A stretch of DNA of 57,132 nucleotides, the filler included, from Circinaria calcarea (lineage: Eukaryota): assembly GCA_051942165.1 (NCBI GenBank). It is 2 parts of 2 records of this genome, joined end to end, with 100 filler letters (N's around TTAATTAATTAA, not from the genome) between each part and the next. Parts side by side here need not be neighbours in the genome. Positions count along the whole stretch, not along the records: positions 1 to 28,570 come from JAVECS010000054.1; positions 28,671 to 57,132 come from JAVECS010000055.1. The stretch is one strand, 5' to 3'. Made by a program: the position numbers and the translations under genes. Each line of letters starts with the position of its first letter. Within the stretch, counting starts at the first letter, position 1. Under the pieces are notes generated by a model, which did no database searches, was not told the DNA's origin, and worked only from the letters and a program-made list of their open reading frames with translations. This document shows, in pieces, positions 24,266-36,426 of the stretch.

Positions 24266-26218
24266 TCGGATCGCATTAACGGTCGGACGGGGGCTTCGAC
24301 AAGTTAGTTATGACCCTGCTGGAGTGGCGTTGGCCTTCAAAGAACTCAGCTTTCAGATCTTTGAATACTGAGAATAAGGTCGAGAGGCATCTGCTGGAAT
24401 GTAACAGCTTGAGATATTCTCTCATGGCAACAAGCGGAAAAGTGTCGGGAGATTGTGTGTCGAGAGTGAATTGTCAAGTTGCAGACCTTAGGAAATTCCA
24501 TCAGCACCTCCTCTGTTTTATACCGTGCAACGCCCTTTAAGCTTTCCAGTTCGCCATTGAACGTTGAGGATGGTAATAACTGTTTTCAGGCTGCCTGATA
24601 AACACTTATGACTCGCACATTATGATAAAGCATCGAGGATCCTGGCCAAGCTAGCCATGTCAACGATGTGGGACTTGCTGTTTTCAAACTTAAAAATCCA
24701 TCCTGAGCATCCAAGATGGCGCCAGGTCTGTTCGCGAGATTGTCAAACGATCAAGGGTAGCTATAATTTCACAGGTCGAGTGATCGTCTTCCATCCTGGT
24801 CGCCTAGACATAGAGTGGCAGTAACCAGCCGTACGCACTGGATGCTAAATGGCAAGCCGGAAATGGGCTTGGTGTGTAAAGGAATTGACAAGTAGACAGT
24901 TCATAGCCGTAAAGCCCGAAAAGGCTACGGATGATTTCATGTGGGAAGAAGGTATGCAGGTACCATAGAGATTGCCATGACAAGATGGCCTTCGCAGTAT
25001 ATACCTGCCGTAAATCACATCCCAGTATGAAAAGTACCACGGAATTATTGCTTGAACCGTAGCTTCAGCAGGGACAGAAGGTGTAGCGATTCATGATTGT
25101 GGAAAAAAAAAAAAACGAAGATGGAATTTAATTCATGGCGCAAAAAATGCAAAACTTAAGCAACAGGCAAACTCGAACGATCACTCCTGTTACATACATT
25201 CTAACCCAATTTGGCGCCCCAATGGGAGTGGAGAAATGTATCGGCAGTACCTGGCTGATCAGACCACACAACCGAGTGACAATGCATCAGCTCATATTTA
25301 ATAACCATATATATACCACAAAAAAAACTCTCATACTCGCAACTTTGTTCCCTTTGAACCTTTCGCTTGGTGAGTAGGTTCATTGAGCGCACCCACCGCC
25401 CAAACCTCGTGAGGCGAAAGGGCTAATGGTCTTGATTTCTTTTCGCATGCTGATCCTGGTTTTTGATCCTCACATTATGGTAATAAATAACAATAGACAG
25501 CAACATATAAGGAGATGCCGAGCTACTACCTACTTTAGTCCTTTGCCACATAGCACAACACTACTGAGGTACAGCAGCTTTCTACTCTACAGACATCTTT
25601 ATCCTTTCCGAATATGATGTCAACGGTTACTCAAAAATTTGCTAGGTGCTCTGGAGGATTTGGCTTTAGCTATGAGTTTCTACGTAGTCAAAGATGGCAT
25701 GATGTTGGATAACCGCCAAAGACGAGGCAGGGATTTTAGACGCTCGAAGCGCGTCTCCTTTACCGTAGACTCTCCGGGACTCGAAACTTGGAGAAGACTG
25801 GAGTACCGTCAATATTGGTCAGGATCCTACTACGATTATGCTTTTGCTTCGGAATTCTGAGTCATTGAGGTGTATTACCAAGGGCTCCAGCTGATTGCCA
25901 GGTTCTGTGGATGCGCTGTCTGTCCATGCTGCAAGTTTGAGGCTGTTCATACGACTTGGACATGAAGACCCGGGTATCTTGAGTCTGATATTCAAACGCA
26001 CAAGAGCTGAAGCTATTCCTACTACACGGGGTATCATCGCTCAAAGTACAATCCACCGTACATTGAACGCCCAGATCAAGTTGCCGCTCCTCATGATTCG
26101 CAATTTTCAGACATGCTTCCCAAGACCATAGAATCGTAGAAATGTGCAGATGTACGGTATTAACCGGACAGCCATCCATCATATGGTCTGTTAGTGCAAG
26201 CCAGGTCATCAGCATGGC

Positions 26219-27620
26219 TCAACCCCGTCGTCGCTCAGTCTCAACTTCCACCTCATATTCCTCCTCTTCGACCTTGAAGTACTCCGCAACAGTTTTCTGT
26301 TCTTCTCGTGCACGCTCCGGATCAAGCATGAACCTGATAGTTCCGTCCTTTACACCTGCTCTTCCCTTTGGCCCTGCAACGGCAGCTGGACTCATCGTTG
26401 ACGATAATCTACTATCCTTGACTGACGGATCACTTGGACTGACTGGTGATTTCGTTGCTTTGACATCATTGGTACCATTCGTCGCCTTGGTACCATTGCT
26501 AGGCTTCTTCTTCTTCTCCGAGTTATGAGTATAACGGGGATAATTGTTTGAAGAGGCTTCTTGGTTCAAAATGATTCGAGTATCAATGAATATATCCAGC
26601 GCAAGGTCTTGGCCGACGATCGTGGAAGTACGATGGTGAGTATAGAGATCGAGGAGATCAAGGAGTGTCTCTGCACCACAATGAGGCTCTTGTTTCACAA
26701 AGTTCTAGGAGTTCTGAGAGGCCCAACATACCCATGACTTCTTCTCGAGTGATATGCCAGTTCGCATAGTCTGAAGCAGCCTCCACATTTGGGATGTTCT
26801 GTCCGAGTACTCGGCCCGAAAGCTCAAGACAAGCAAAAGCCAACGTAGCATTCGTCTGCTTTAGGGGTGCAAAAGTACGGTACAGATCAAGTGACATGTA
26901 GTAAGCTTTCTTTCCGACCGATTCCTTGTCCACTTTGTAGAACTTCGCAAGCTTTATCACCAGCTTCTGAGGGTAACGATTACGAAAGTCAAAGCCTGCC
27001 GATTCGAGCATCAGTCGTTCTAGACCAATGATAGTCTTCGAAGGAGACTCGAACATCTACACTAGAATGAGTTCGAAACGCATGAAAACCTCCTTGCCAG
27101 ACTTACAGGATCATCCTGGCTAACATGCTCTGCAGGGGAGAGCTTGAGGTTGTATGCTGCGCACAAGATTTCTTTAGATCTTTTGAGCGTATCTTCAACC
27201 TTGCACGCCATGAAAAGAGCTGCTGCTGCCGCATCCTAATCTGGTCAACTAGGTTAAGGAAAGGACAAAGATAACATACGATGAAGCCATATTCAGTGTC
27301 CGCATGCGATAACCGAAATTTGTGATAGTAGACGCAAGCTGTGTTGTATGTTCTTACTGGCCTACATTAATTAGCCATATGTCTAGAGACAAGTCTAGAA
27401 GCCCGTCCTCTTCTTACAGCTGGAGAGCCTTTCTGACATTGTCGATCCATGCAACACCCAGCATTCGGATATTGTCTTCCTTTGCTTGGGTGACACCGGT
27501 CGCTACAAGACATTCTTGAATATGCTGCTCCAACATATATGGTTTGGCAACCTGGATGTAAGACGGGTGAGGCCCGACTTTTCCATTATCGTTCATTTCA
27601 GCCTCCTGTGCTGGAGCCAT
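26219..27620 (-). CDS. Transcription cyclin, Ctk2/cyclin K-T-like (CTD kinase subunit)
   Basis: GPHPSYIQVAKPY..EDNIRMLGVAWIDNVRKALQL|PVRTYNTACVYYHKFRL|DAAAAALFMACKVEDTLKRSKEILCAAYNLK|FESPSKTIIGLERLMLESAGFDFR..DLYRTFAPLKQ; multi-exon. Confidence 0.85.
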
Positions 27621-28013
27621 TATCGAAGCTTCTCTAGAAATTAGGTAATGTTCTTCAAGGTCCCTTTCAGTGTATGTTTCGGTGTCTGTCTCGACAATTG
27701 TTTCATTCTCCGGTCCAAGTTCCGACTCTGGATCTGTCAAGTAAAGATATTCCCAAGTCTTCATAGTGCTTGCCATCCTGACTTTGGCCATTAAACGATC
27801 GGCTTACACCGGCCCGGTAATAGCGTAATTGATAGAAGATGTCGGCGCGCGTTAGTCAAAAGAAGAGCGCGTTTACTCCGATAGAATAAAAGCTCGAAAT
27901 CCGGGGTAAGGCTGCAAGGCTGAGATTAGCGCGTTTCACCATCCATGCTTCATATTCACACAAGTTACGGAAGACGGCCAGGCTGTATCTAACTTTGTTG
28001 CTCTTCGTTCATC

Positions 28014-28570
28014 ATGATTAGCAGGATCAAATTGCTACAAAGTGTCATAATACTTTCGCAGGGTCTTTTTGCTTCCATCATCCCCCAACGACCTCTCCTG
28101 CCTTTATCCGTCCCTCCCTTGATACCCCTTCCACTGGTAATCTGGCATGGACTAGGAGACAAGTAAGAACCACGCCTAATCCCAAGCTCGTAATATCTAA
28201 TAGGTGTCCAGCTATAAAGCCGATGGTTTACGCTCTGTCGGTGATCTGGCGAGAGAGATCAACCCTGGAACCTATACCTACTACGTTCGACTAGACCCCT
28301 CCCCGTCCTCCGACCGTACCGCCACCTTCTTTGGTAACCTTACAGAGCAAGTCGCTCAAGTGTGTACTGACCTGGCCACACACCCTGTCCTGTCCAAAGC
28401 TCCGGCCATCAATGCTCTCGGTTTCTCCCAAGGCGGCCAATTTCTACGTGCCTATGTCCAACGCTGCAATAGCCCCCCGGTTGCAAATCTTGTAACATTT
28501 GGTAGCCAACACAATGGAATTGCTGATTTTCAGAAGTGCGAGAGTGGCGACTGGCTCTGCCAGGGAGCGC
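28014..28570 (+). CDS. Palmitoyl-protein thioesterase 1-like (5' part only, truncated by the assembly gap)
   Basis: Signal peptide, PLPLVIWHGLGD, INALGFSQGGQFLRAYVQRCN (GxSxG), NLVTFGSQHNGI. The frame runs into the N gap. Confidence 0.88.
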
Positions 28571-28670
28571 NNNNNNNNNNNNNNNNNNNNNNNNNNNNNN
28601 NNNNNNNNNNNNNNTTAATTAATTAANNNNNNNNNNNNNNNNNNNNNNNNNNNNNNNNNNNNNNNNNNNN
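28571..28670. other. Artificial scaffold linker: 44 N + TTAATTAATTAA + 44 N
   Basis: Exactly 100 nt and symmetric, with a palindromic 12-mer that puts stop codons in all six frames. Confidence 0.97.
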
Positions 28671-28906
28671 CTCTTTTTGTTCCTGAAACCCCATGGGGCC
28701 ATAGGTTTGGTATCGCTAGGTATCGCTAGATACTATCTAAACGCATGTAAATAAGGTAGAGAGATCTTGGGGATATATCGTCGAGGGATGGATGGGTTAT
28801 GAGTGCAAATAGCGCGCGCGCGGTATTTTCGTTTCAAAACGCCCACGCCCTGTGGAAGTGGGAGCTGGCTAGAGGTATTTATTTGTCTTTTGCCTATGTA
28901 TGCCTC

Positions 28907-28930
28907 GGGGTAGGGGTAGGGGTAGGGGTA
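28907..28930 (+). repeat. (GGGGTA)4 microsatellite
   Basis: ggggtaggggtaggggtaggggta followed by degenerate ggtgta/gatgta units. Confidence 0.85.
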
Positions 28931-29339
28931 GGTGTAGATGTAGACGGCAGAGAGAAATGAGGGAGAAGGAACGTGTCTATGGGCTGTGCGAAATGGGAAT
29001 GTAATGTAATGCCTTTGACCGCTTTTGGGGGAGGAGATTGGGGAAATTCGTCTACAAAAACCTAAGTCGAGTGTGTGAAGGTTTTTCAAGTGTCTTTTTG
29101 GAAAAGCGAGGGTGGTACTTTGGGTGAAAGGAGCTAAAGGGTACAGACAGGTAAAGGCGTACGCTTCCACCTTTAGGAGGACAGGTGTGGATATGAGGAT
29201 TCTAGAGTTCCTACAAATATACACACAGCCAGCCTCCTCGATCTTATGTACATAAACTTACATCCACTCAGCACCCTTCACCCAAAAAATACGCCCCTAC
29301 GAAACGCTCCCCCACCCTCCTCATCTCAGCTAAAAACCC

Positions 29340-31208
29340 CTATCCATCGAACCACCTTCCCCACCCCTCCCTTCTCTCCTTCCCTTCCTCTCCGCCCACA
29401 AACTTCCTCTCTTCCTCCTCCCACTTCAACCTCTCCACGAGGCCCCTCGCCTCAAAAGCCCTTACGAACCGCCACGCCTCCGTATCCGCCAGGTTCCATG
29501 CTTCAACCGCCTCCCTAATCCGAGCTTTACTTTTGCCGTTGCCGTCTTTGATGTTCACGACGGCTTTTGCGGTGCTGAGGAGGGTGGATTGGGTTTTAAG
29601 GTCTGAAGAGGTGAGGGTGGTAGGGAGGGTAGAGAGGAGGGGTTCGAGGAGGGTGGAGGGATCCGGAGAGGTGGATTTGTTGGAAGAGGAGAACGGAGAG
29701 GGGAGTTCGAAGCCAAAGTGCCACTCTAGATCTCTGTTTTCCCATTCTCTCTCCGCGGTAGACCAGATCCCACGCGCGGCACTCCATTCACTCGCAACGC
29801 TTTCTTTGAAACTGACAATCCGCGCGGGACCGGCAATGTCTTTCCCCAGCGTTTCCTGGGTTACGGCCAATAGCCAGGGGTCGCGGTCTGTGTAGCGCCT
29901 AATGTGGCGAACGGTGATTTCGCTGCTTTTGTTGAAGTGGAGGGCGATGGTATAGGGATGCGGGATGATGCCGATCGTGTATAGAGCTGAGGTGTTTAGG
30001 TAGGTAGTAGGATAGGTGATGGAAAGAGGAGAAGTGAGATCGCAGGGTTTGCAGTTGGGCGCATTTGGAGGGCAGGAGTGTGGCATTGGGGAGTCGGGAC
30101 ATGTCTTGAGGGAGTTGGCAAGCGAAAGAGCGGGTATGGATAGAATGGCAGATGCAGAGGCATGTGGTGTGAGAATGGCAAGGCCGGAGGTAAAGGTATT
30201 GAGAAAGGTTGTATGGAGATGGGACGTTATAAGCTTTGCAAGCGAGAGAAGGCCAGCAGACTGCTTGTTGAGGAGGGCATCCGCAATGGGTTTGTAGGAT
30301 GTGGTAATGGTTGAGGTCTCGTAGAAGGCGATGCCCGCCGGTTTAGGATCAACGGCAAAGATGTCAGGATCGGAGACGGCTTCAAGAAAGGTTTTGGCTG
30401 TAGGTAGATTGCCAGATTTGAGTGTGAGAGAGATAGCAGCATTGATCAAGGTCTGCTCGCCAGAGAAAAGCCCGCTACCAAGGTTTTCGTAGCGGGTCAG
30501 ACGAGGGTATTGGCCTCGACGGAGATAAGAGAGAAGATGATCGTCGTAGGAGCCCATTGGGAAAACCAGCCAATTGGTGAGTATTCCCGTTCCCATATGT
30601 CCCCACGCTAGCCATCTCATGATTTCAAACTCCAGAGCCGAGTCGAGTTTTTTAACCTGGAGGGTCTCATATAGAGGGTTATTCATAGCTTCCGGCCGGC
30701 CGAGTATGGCGGGCTTGAAACCCTGTGCCCACCACGCCCGCCTCCATATCAACAGCAATTTACTCTCGGCCGCCCTTGTCTCCTCGTCCTTTCCTGTTTC
30801 ATCGTAGAATGTATAAATGGGCGGTCTTGGCCTCAATGGTGGCAGGACAGACCGGTTTTCGTCAAGGGTTATAGATGACGAGAAAGGATTCAGCCATTTC
30901 CAGTCACTGAACCACTTTGCCTCCCCACTTGTGCTGTTTTTTTGGACAGGCGGCTCATGTGCTGCTGGTCGGAAAGGGCTGTGAATGTTCTGTAAAGATG
31001 AAAGTTTGGGCCGGGGAATAGACGGACGGTGAATGTGCTTTGCAGCACCTTTCGCGGTGTCCGATAACTCCGACACTGAGGACGTAGAGAAAATGATAAT
31101 TAGCACAATAAAAGCCCCAATCAGTATAACCATCAGAGGGCGTTTCCTCCTTGAAGTCTGCCGAGGATATGCGATAGAGGGTCCATTGGGATACTCTTTT
31201 GAGGCCAT
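29340..31208 (-). CDS. Uncharacterised fungal type II membrane protein (about 620 aa)
   Basis: Single long ORF starting MASKEYP, N-terminal basic patch plus TM (LMVILIGAFIVLIIIFS), Trp-rich blocks WFSDWKWLNPFSSSITLDENRSVLPP, WRRAWWAQGFKP, RWLAWGHMG and EAWNLADTEAWRFVRAF. Confidence 0.8.
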   Translation of the reverse strand: MASKEYPNGPSIAYPRQTSRRKRPLMVILIGAFIVLIIIFSTSSVSELSDTAKGAAKHIHRPSIPRPKLSSLQNIHSPFRPAAHEPPVQKNSTSGEAKWFSDWKWLNPFSSSITLDENRSVLPPLRPRPPIYTFYDETGKDEETRAAESKLLLIWRRAWWAQGFKPAILGRPEAMNNPLYETLQVKKLDSALEFEIMRWLAWGHMGTGILTNWLVFPMGSYDDHLLSYLRRGQYPRLTRYENLGSGLFSGEQTLINAAISLTLKSGNLPTAKTFLEAVSDPDIFAVDPKPAGIAFYETSTITTSYKPIADALLNKQSAGLLSLAKLITSHLHTTFLNTFTSGLAILTPHASASAILSIPALSLANSLKTCPDSPMPHSCPPNAPNCKPCDLTSPLSITYPTTYLNTSALYTIGIIPHPYTIALHFNKSSEITVRHIRRYTDRDPWLLAVTQETLGKDIAGPARIVSFKESVASEWSAARGIWSTAEREWENRDLEWHFGFELPSPFSSSNKSTSPDPSTLLEPLLSTLPTTLTSSDLKTQSTLLSTAKAVVNIKDGNGKSKARIREAVEAWNLADTEAWRFVRAFEARGLVERLKWEEEERKFVGGEEGKERREGWGRWFDG

Positions 31209-31809
31209 GCTCAGAGTAAGGGTATGTGGTAGTGATAGGATCCTATCTCCCTTCCGTAATGTCAAGATTTTCTTCTAAAAGCCTTGAGGACATAAAGTTC
31301 TGTCTAAAAACTCGACCTTCAATCGGCATACCTACCTTTGATGATGGCGCGTAGTCGGCTGTGGGCGTCAAGTTAGAAGTGATAGACGCGCCCGAGTTTC
31401 TAGCTTGTACCAGGAGAATATTCTGGGGCTAAGATAAGGTTTTCATTAAGGTTTCGGCAGCCCTAAGATTCCCATGAATTTTTTTTTGTATCCTTGGGTT
31501 TATATATCTTTCTGCTTTGCGCATATGCTTGATTTGTTCTCTGGCTACTTGATGACAGTTGGACTACTCCGAAAAAATACTCGACTACACCAAGGCCTCC
31601 ATCAATGCTTTAACCTATTCATTACGTGACCAATCCACCTGTTGCAATCTTCCCACCTATACTTTTAATAAAGACCGAACACTGCTAGTGATACATTACC
31701 AGTGCACTTATTGAAGAGATTTACTCATAGAAGACTGGTTTATTTTAGCTACGAAATTATCTACAAATAGCATCGCTGTTGGTAGCTGATATGTACTGAG
31801 AATATCAAC

Positions 31810-34800
31810 ATGAACCACCTAAAACCCAACGTTCTCCCAGATCCAACATCGGACCTTCATTGGTTGGACTATAAAGGCGCTATCCATGAAATTTTTGCAG
31901 CTAATGCAGAGGAACACCCAGAGAGGACATGTGTGGTTGAAACTCCATCAGAATTATCTCCTCGAAGAACTTTCACGTATCGCCAGATCCACCACGCATC
32001 TAACTTGCTGGCGAATCACCTAGTTACTAGCGGTATTAATCACGGGGACGTTGTGACCGTCTATGCCTACCGTGGTGTTGATCTAGTTGTAGCGGTGATG
32101 GGGGTACTGAAATCAGGTAATGACCATCCCTCTTTACCTCTAACACTCTAATCCTTTGCAGGAGCTACGTTCTCCGTCATAGATCCAGCATATCCACCGG
32201 AAAGGCAGAGGATCTACTTGGAAGTCGCGCAGCCCAGAGCTCTGATCAACATAGCCAAGGCAACTTCTGAAGCAGGGGAGCTATCGCACACGGTTAGGGC
32301 ATATATTCAGAGCGACCTTGAACTTAAAACGGAGATTCCAGCTCTTCAAATCGGTGATGATGGTGACTTAACAGGGGGCCTTATTAGTGGACATGATATA
32401 TTTGATCCGATAAAAGATCAGGGATGGCAAAATCCGGGGGTAATTGTTGGTCCAGACTCAAACCCTACACTTTCATTCACTTCAGGTTCTGAAGGACGAC
32501 CCAAAGGGGTTCTCGGACGGCACTTCTCCTTGGCCTACTATTTCCCTTGGATGGCTAAAAGATTTGGCCTAAGTAGCAAGGATCGTTTTACGATGCTAAG
32601 GTGATTTTGTCTGCGGTTCATCATCCTTGAGATAGCTAATCCGAATAGCGGTATCGCTCACGATCCTATTCAGAGGGATATCTTCACTCCATTGTTTCTT
32701 GGGGCTCAGCTACTTGTTCCATCGAAAGAGGACATCCAGCACGAGCGACTTGCTGAATGGATGCGGGACCATGGTGCAAACGTAACTCATTTAACTCCCG
32801 CAATGGGTCAGATTCTTGTGGGTGGCGCTACTACGCAGTTCTGGGATCTACATCATGCCTTCTTCGTTGGTGACGTCTTAACCAAGAGAGATTGCAACCT
32901 ATTGCGTACCCTTGCACCTAACGTCAATATTATAAACAGTAAGCACAATCTCCGGGCCTACCGAAGCTTGCTAAAGTCTACATGAAAGTGTATGGAACCA
33001 CCGAGACGCAAAGAGCTGTCAGCTACTTCGAAATTCCATCTAAGCAGCAGGACGAACACTTCCTTGATGACATGAAAGAGATTATCCCAGCTGGAAGAGG
33101 CATGCTTGATGTTCAGCTTCTTGTTGTGGACCAAAGTGATAGAACCAAGCAATGTAACGTCGGTGAGACCGGAGAGATTTACGTCAGAGCTGGTGGGCTT
33201 GCTGAGGGTTATCTTGGCGACAAGGTTCTGAACGATAAGAAGTTCGTAGTAAATTGGTTCATCGATCCCACTTCATGGATGGATCTGTATAAGCAGAAGC
33301 ATACAACTAGTTACGGTGAATCCGGCAGTGGCAATGATTGGAGGAATTACTATAAAGGCCCGCGAGACCGGTTATATAGGACTGGCGATCTTGGACGGTA
33401 TCTTCCCAGTGGCGATGTTGAGTGTACAGGTAAGGAGAAGTCTACCTGAAGATTCGTCTCTCGTCGACGACTTGACAATAACCAGTCTGCTAACGTTGGA
33501 GCGTAGGCCGAGCTGATGACCAAGTCAAGATCCGAGGCTTTCGAATTGAGCTTGGAGAGATTAACAGTCATTTGTCCCACCATCCTCTTGTACGAGATAG
33601 CATAACTCTAGTCCGGAGGAATAAAGACGAAGAGGCAACACTGGTTTCATATATCGTACCTGAGTTCAACAAATGGCCAGGATGGCTAGCCGAAAAGGGA
33701 CTCCAGGATTCCCTACAGGATGACAGCATGGTAGGCATGCTTCGTCGTTTCAGACCCCTTTACAAGGACCTACGTATGTATCTGAAAGGAAAGCTTGCCA
33801 GTTACGCAATTCCGACGCATTTTATTCCTCTGAAAAAACTACCACTCAATCCGAATGGAAAAGTGGACAAGCCCGCCTTGCCGTTTCCGGACGTTGCGGA
33901 TCTTACTGCGGCCGAACCTGAGGAACTAAACAAGGCCTGGGACTCTCTATCAGAAACTGAGCGAGCTGTTGCAAGCATTTGGAGTGAACTTATTTCCAGT
34001 CGCAAAGCCACTACCATTGGACTTGACGATTCGTTCTTTGATCTCGGGGGACATAGCCTGCTGGCTCAACGGATGCTCTTAATGATCAAGCGCCGATTAG
34101 ATGGTATTCAGCTTCCTATGGCGTTGCTCTTTCGCGACCCCACCTTACGGGGCTTTGCTGCGTCCATCGACCATATTCGGAAACCTATCATTGTACAGAT
34201 AGGCTCTGATGGCCAACCACATCAGACAGATAGACAAACCAACGGTCTAGTCCAAAAAGATGAGGATTATGCTGACGATGCGAGAAGACTAGTCAAGGAA
34301 CTACCGCAGATATTCCCTTCATCCGACCAATTGGAACTTACAGATCGACCATTTACAGTCTTCTTAACAGGAGCCAGCGGTTTTCTCGGTGCCTATCTTC
34401 TTCGCGAGCTTCTTGGTCGCCGCTCGCCGCCCGTCAAAGTGATCGCACATGTGAGAGCCCAGTCGAAAGAGGCTGGTTTTGAGCGGTTGGAGATGTCATG
34501 TAAAGCTTACGGCATTTGGGCCGATGAGTGGCGCGATAGCTTGTCATGTATTACAGGAAACCTAGGTGATCCTACATTAGGGCTTGACGAAGAAGCCTGG
34601 ATAAATATAGCCGAAACAGCCGACCTTGTGATACACAACGGGGCTCAAGTTCACTGGATGTACCCATACTCGAAGCTTAGGCCAGCAAACGTCTGGGGAA
34701 CCATGGATGCTTTGAAACTATGTTGCAAAGGAAAGCCAAAGCATTTTGTGTTTGTCAGCTCCACAAGTGTCCTGGATACTGACTATTACGTTCGACTTTC

Positions 34801-35719
34801 CGCAGAGAGCCTTCAGGCTGGTGGCAAGGGCATCCCTGAAGAAAATGATCTTGCAGGAAGCAGCACTGGACTAGGTACTGGCTATGGCCAAAGTAAGTGG
34901 GTCGGTGAGTACCTCGTGAAAGAAGCTGGGCATAGAGGCTTGAGAGGTACCATCGTACGTCCTGGCTATATCCTTGGGGACTCGGTATCGGGAGGTATGA
35001 ACGCCTGACATCTCTGAAACTGGGCCAGCAACTGATGCGTGCCGATAGTGACGAACACTGATGACTTCCTTGTCCGTATGCTGAAAGGATGTATTCAGCT
35101 ATCACAGAGGCCTCATATCACTAATACAATTAACATGGTCCCCGTTGATTACGTTGCACGTGTTGTAACGGCTGCTGCGTTCTGTCCTCCCCGACAGCCG
35201 TTGGGAGTTGCACAAATCAACAGCCGCCCTCGGTTACGCTTTGTTGAGTATCTCGCTGTCGTTGAGAAGTATGGTTATCCAGTACAAGAAGTCGACTACC
35301 CCAAATGGCGAGACTCGCTCGAGAAGTACGTTGACAGTGAATCTCACGAGCAACACGCCCTGTAAGTTGTAATGCCATCCACCTGCAAAAGCCGCCTACT
35401 GAAACTTGCCAACCACAACAGTATGCCTCTTTACCATTTTGTTACTGGTGATCTTCCAGAAAATACAAAAGCCCCTGAGCTTGATGACAAGAACGCCAGA
35501 GCAGCATTACGATCATATGGCGAATGGAGCAACGAGCAAGTAAAAGTTGATAATACCATAGATGAACATCTTCTTGGTAAATACCTACGCTACCTTATTG
35601 ATATCGACTTTCTACCCGCTCCGCCAAGCAACAAGGGAGAGTCTCTACCCCGATCCGAATTGAGGCCTGGGCAAAGGAAGTTCTTAACCCAACTTGTCGG
35701 CAGAGGAGCATTGACCTAA
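31810..35719 (+). CDS. LYS2: L-2-aminoadipate reductase (A-T-R, NRPS-like; lysine biosynthesis)
   Basis: [92 protein letters not shown] domain FFDLGGHS, reductase [15 protein letters not shown]; multiple GT-AG introns. Confidence 0.95.
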
Positions 35720-36426
35720 GTACTATGCATCTTCAATTGAACCATCACAGATACAATGCTTCCATACCTCCAGCATGTGCGGCATGCATGGTCCTCGATT
35801 GCAAAGTCATGCTCAAAAGTATCTAGTTACTAGGTACCCCAAGAAAGTCGCATTGTTCTCTTCTGTTGGAAGTTCAAGACTCATAAAGGAGCAAGTCGTC
35901 GGATTTAATAGGAAATATCCGTTGCAGGAGCCTACTCGGACCTCCTACTTGAGATGAATCCTCTCATAGGTAAGCAAAAAATAGTCACAAGGGGACATCA
36001 TCAAGGTAGCCATATATCATTCTATTTCATAAGGAGTAGAGTCTTCATGACAACGAAATGAAGACGTTTTCAAAATTTGCGTTGTATATAAAAAGCCTGA
36101 CAGTCAAATCAACAATAGCTACTGCTCTACTATCAAGGTAACGCAGTAATAGCAGCATCTGCTTTGCGTATCAAGAGCCAAACCTTTGGACACATGATTC
36201 ATACACTAATAGTAATCGCGCTTGCCGTAGTAGATAGATAGCCTCTTTGGTCTCGGCGGTCTCTCATGGAACTAACGCTTGGCATCTAAGCGAGCCTTCT
36301 GGGAATCTGCCTCACCTCCGAACGTCACCTTCCTTTTCGACAGTGAGATATAATTACAACGATGGTCCGACGGTCATCCATTCTACCTGCCACATGAGGG
36401 AACTATCTTGAAGGCATTTACGTGCA

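Noticed and set aside
24310..26215. Short ORFs (60-117 aa) between LHP1 and the cyclin
   Set aside because: No recognisable motifs or coherent exon chain could be assembled.
28615..28626. TTAATTAATTAA as a biological site (e.g. transposon target or palindrome)
   Set aside because: It is centred in symmetric N runs, which marks it as an assembly linker.
28907..28943. Telomeric repeat
   Set aside because: The unit is GGGGTA rather than TTAGGG, there are only four copies, and it is internal.
31810..35719. NRPS-like secondary-metabolite core gene
   Set aside because: Motifs are Lys2-specific ([23 protein letters not shown]) and the neighbours are housekeeping genes.
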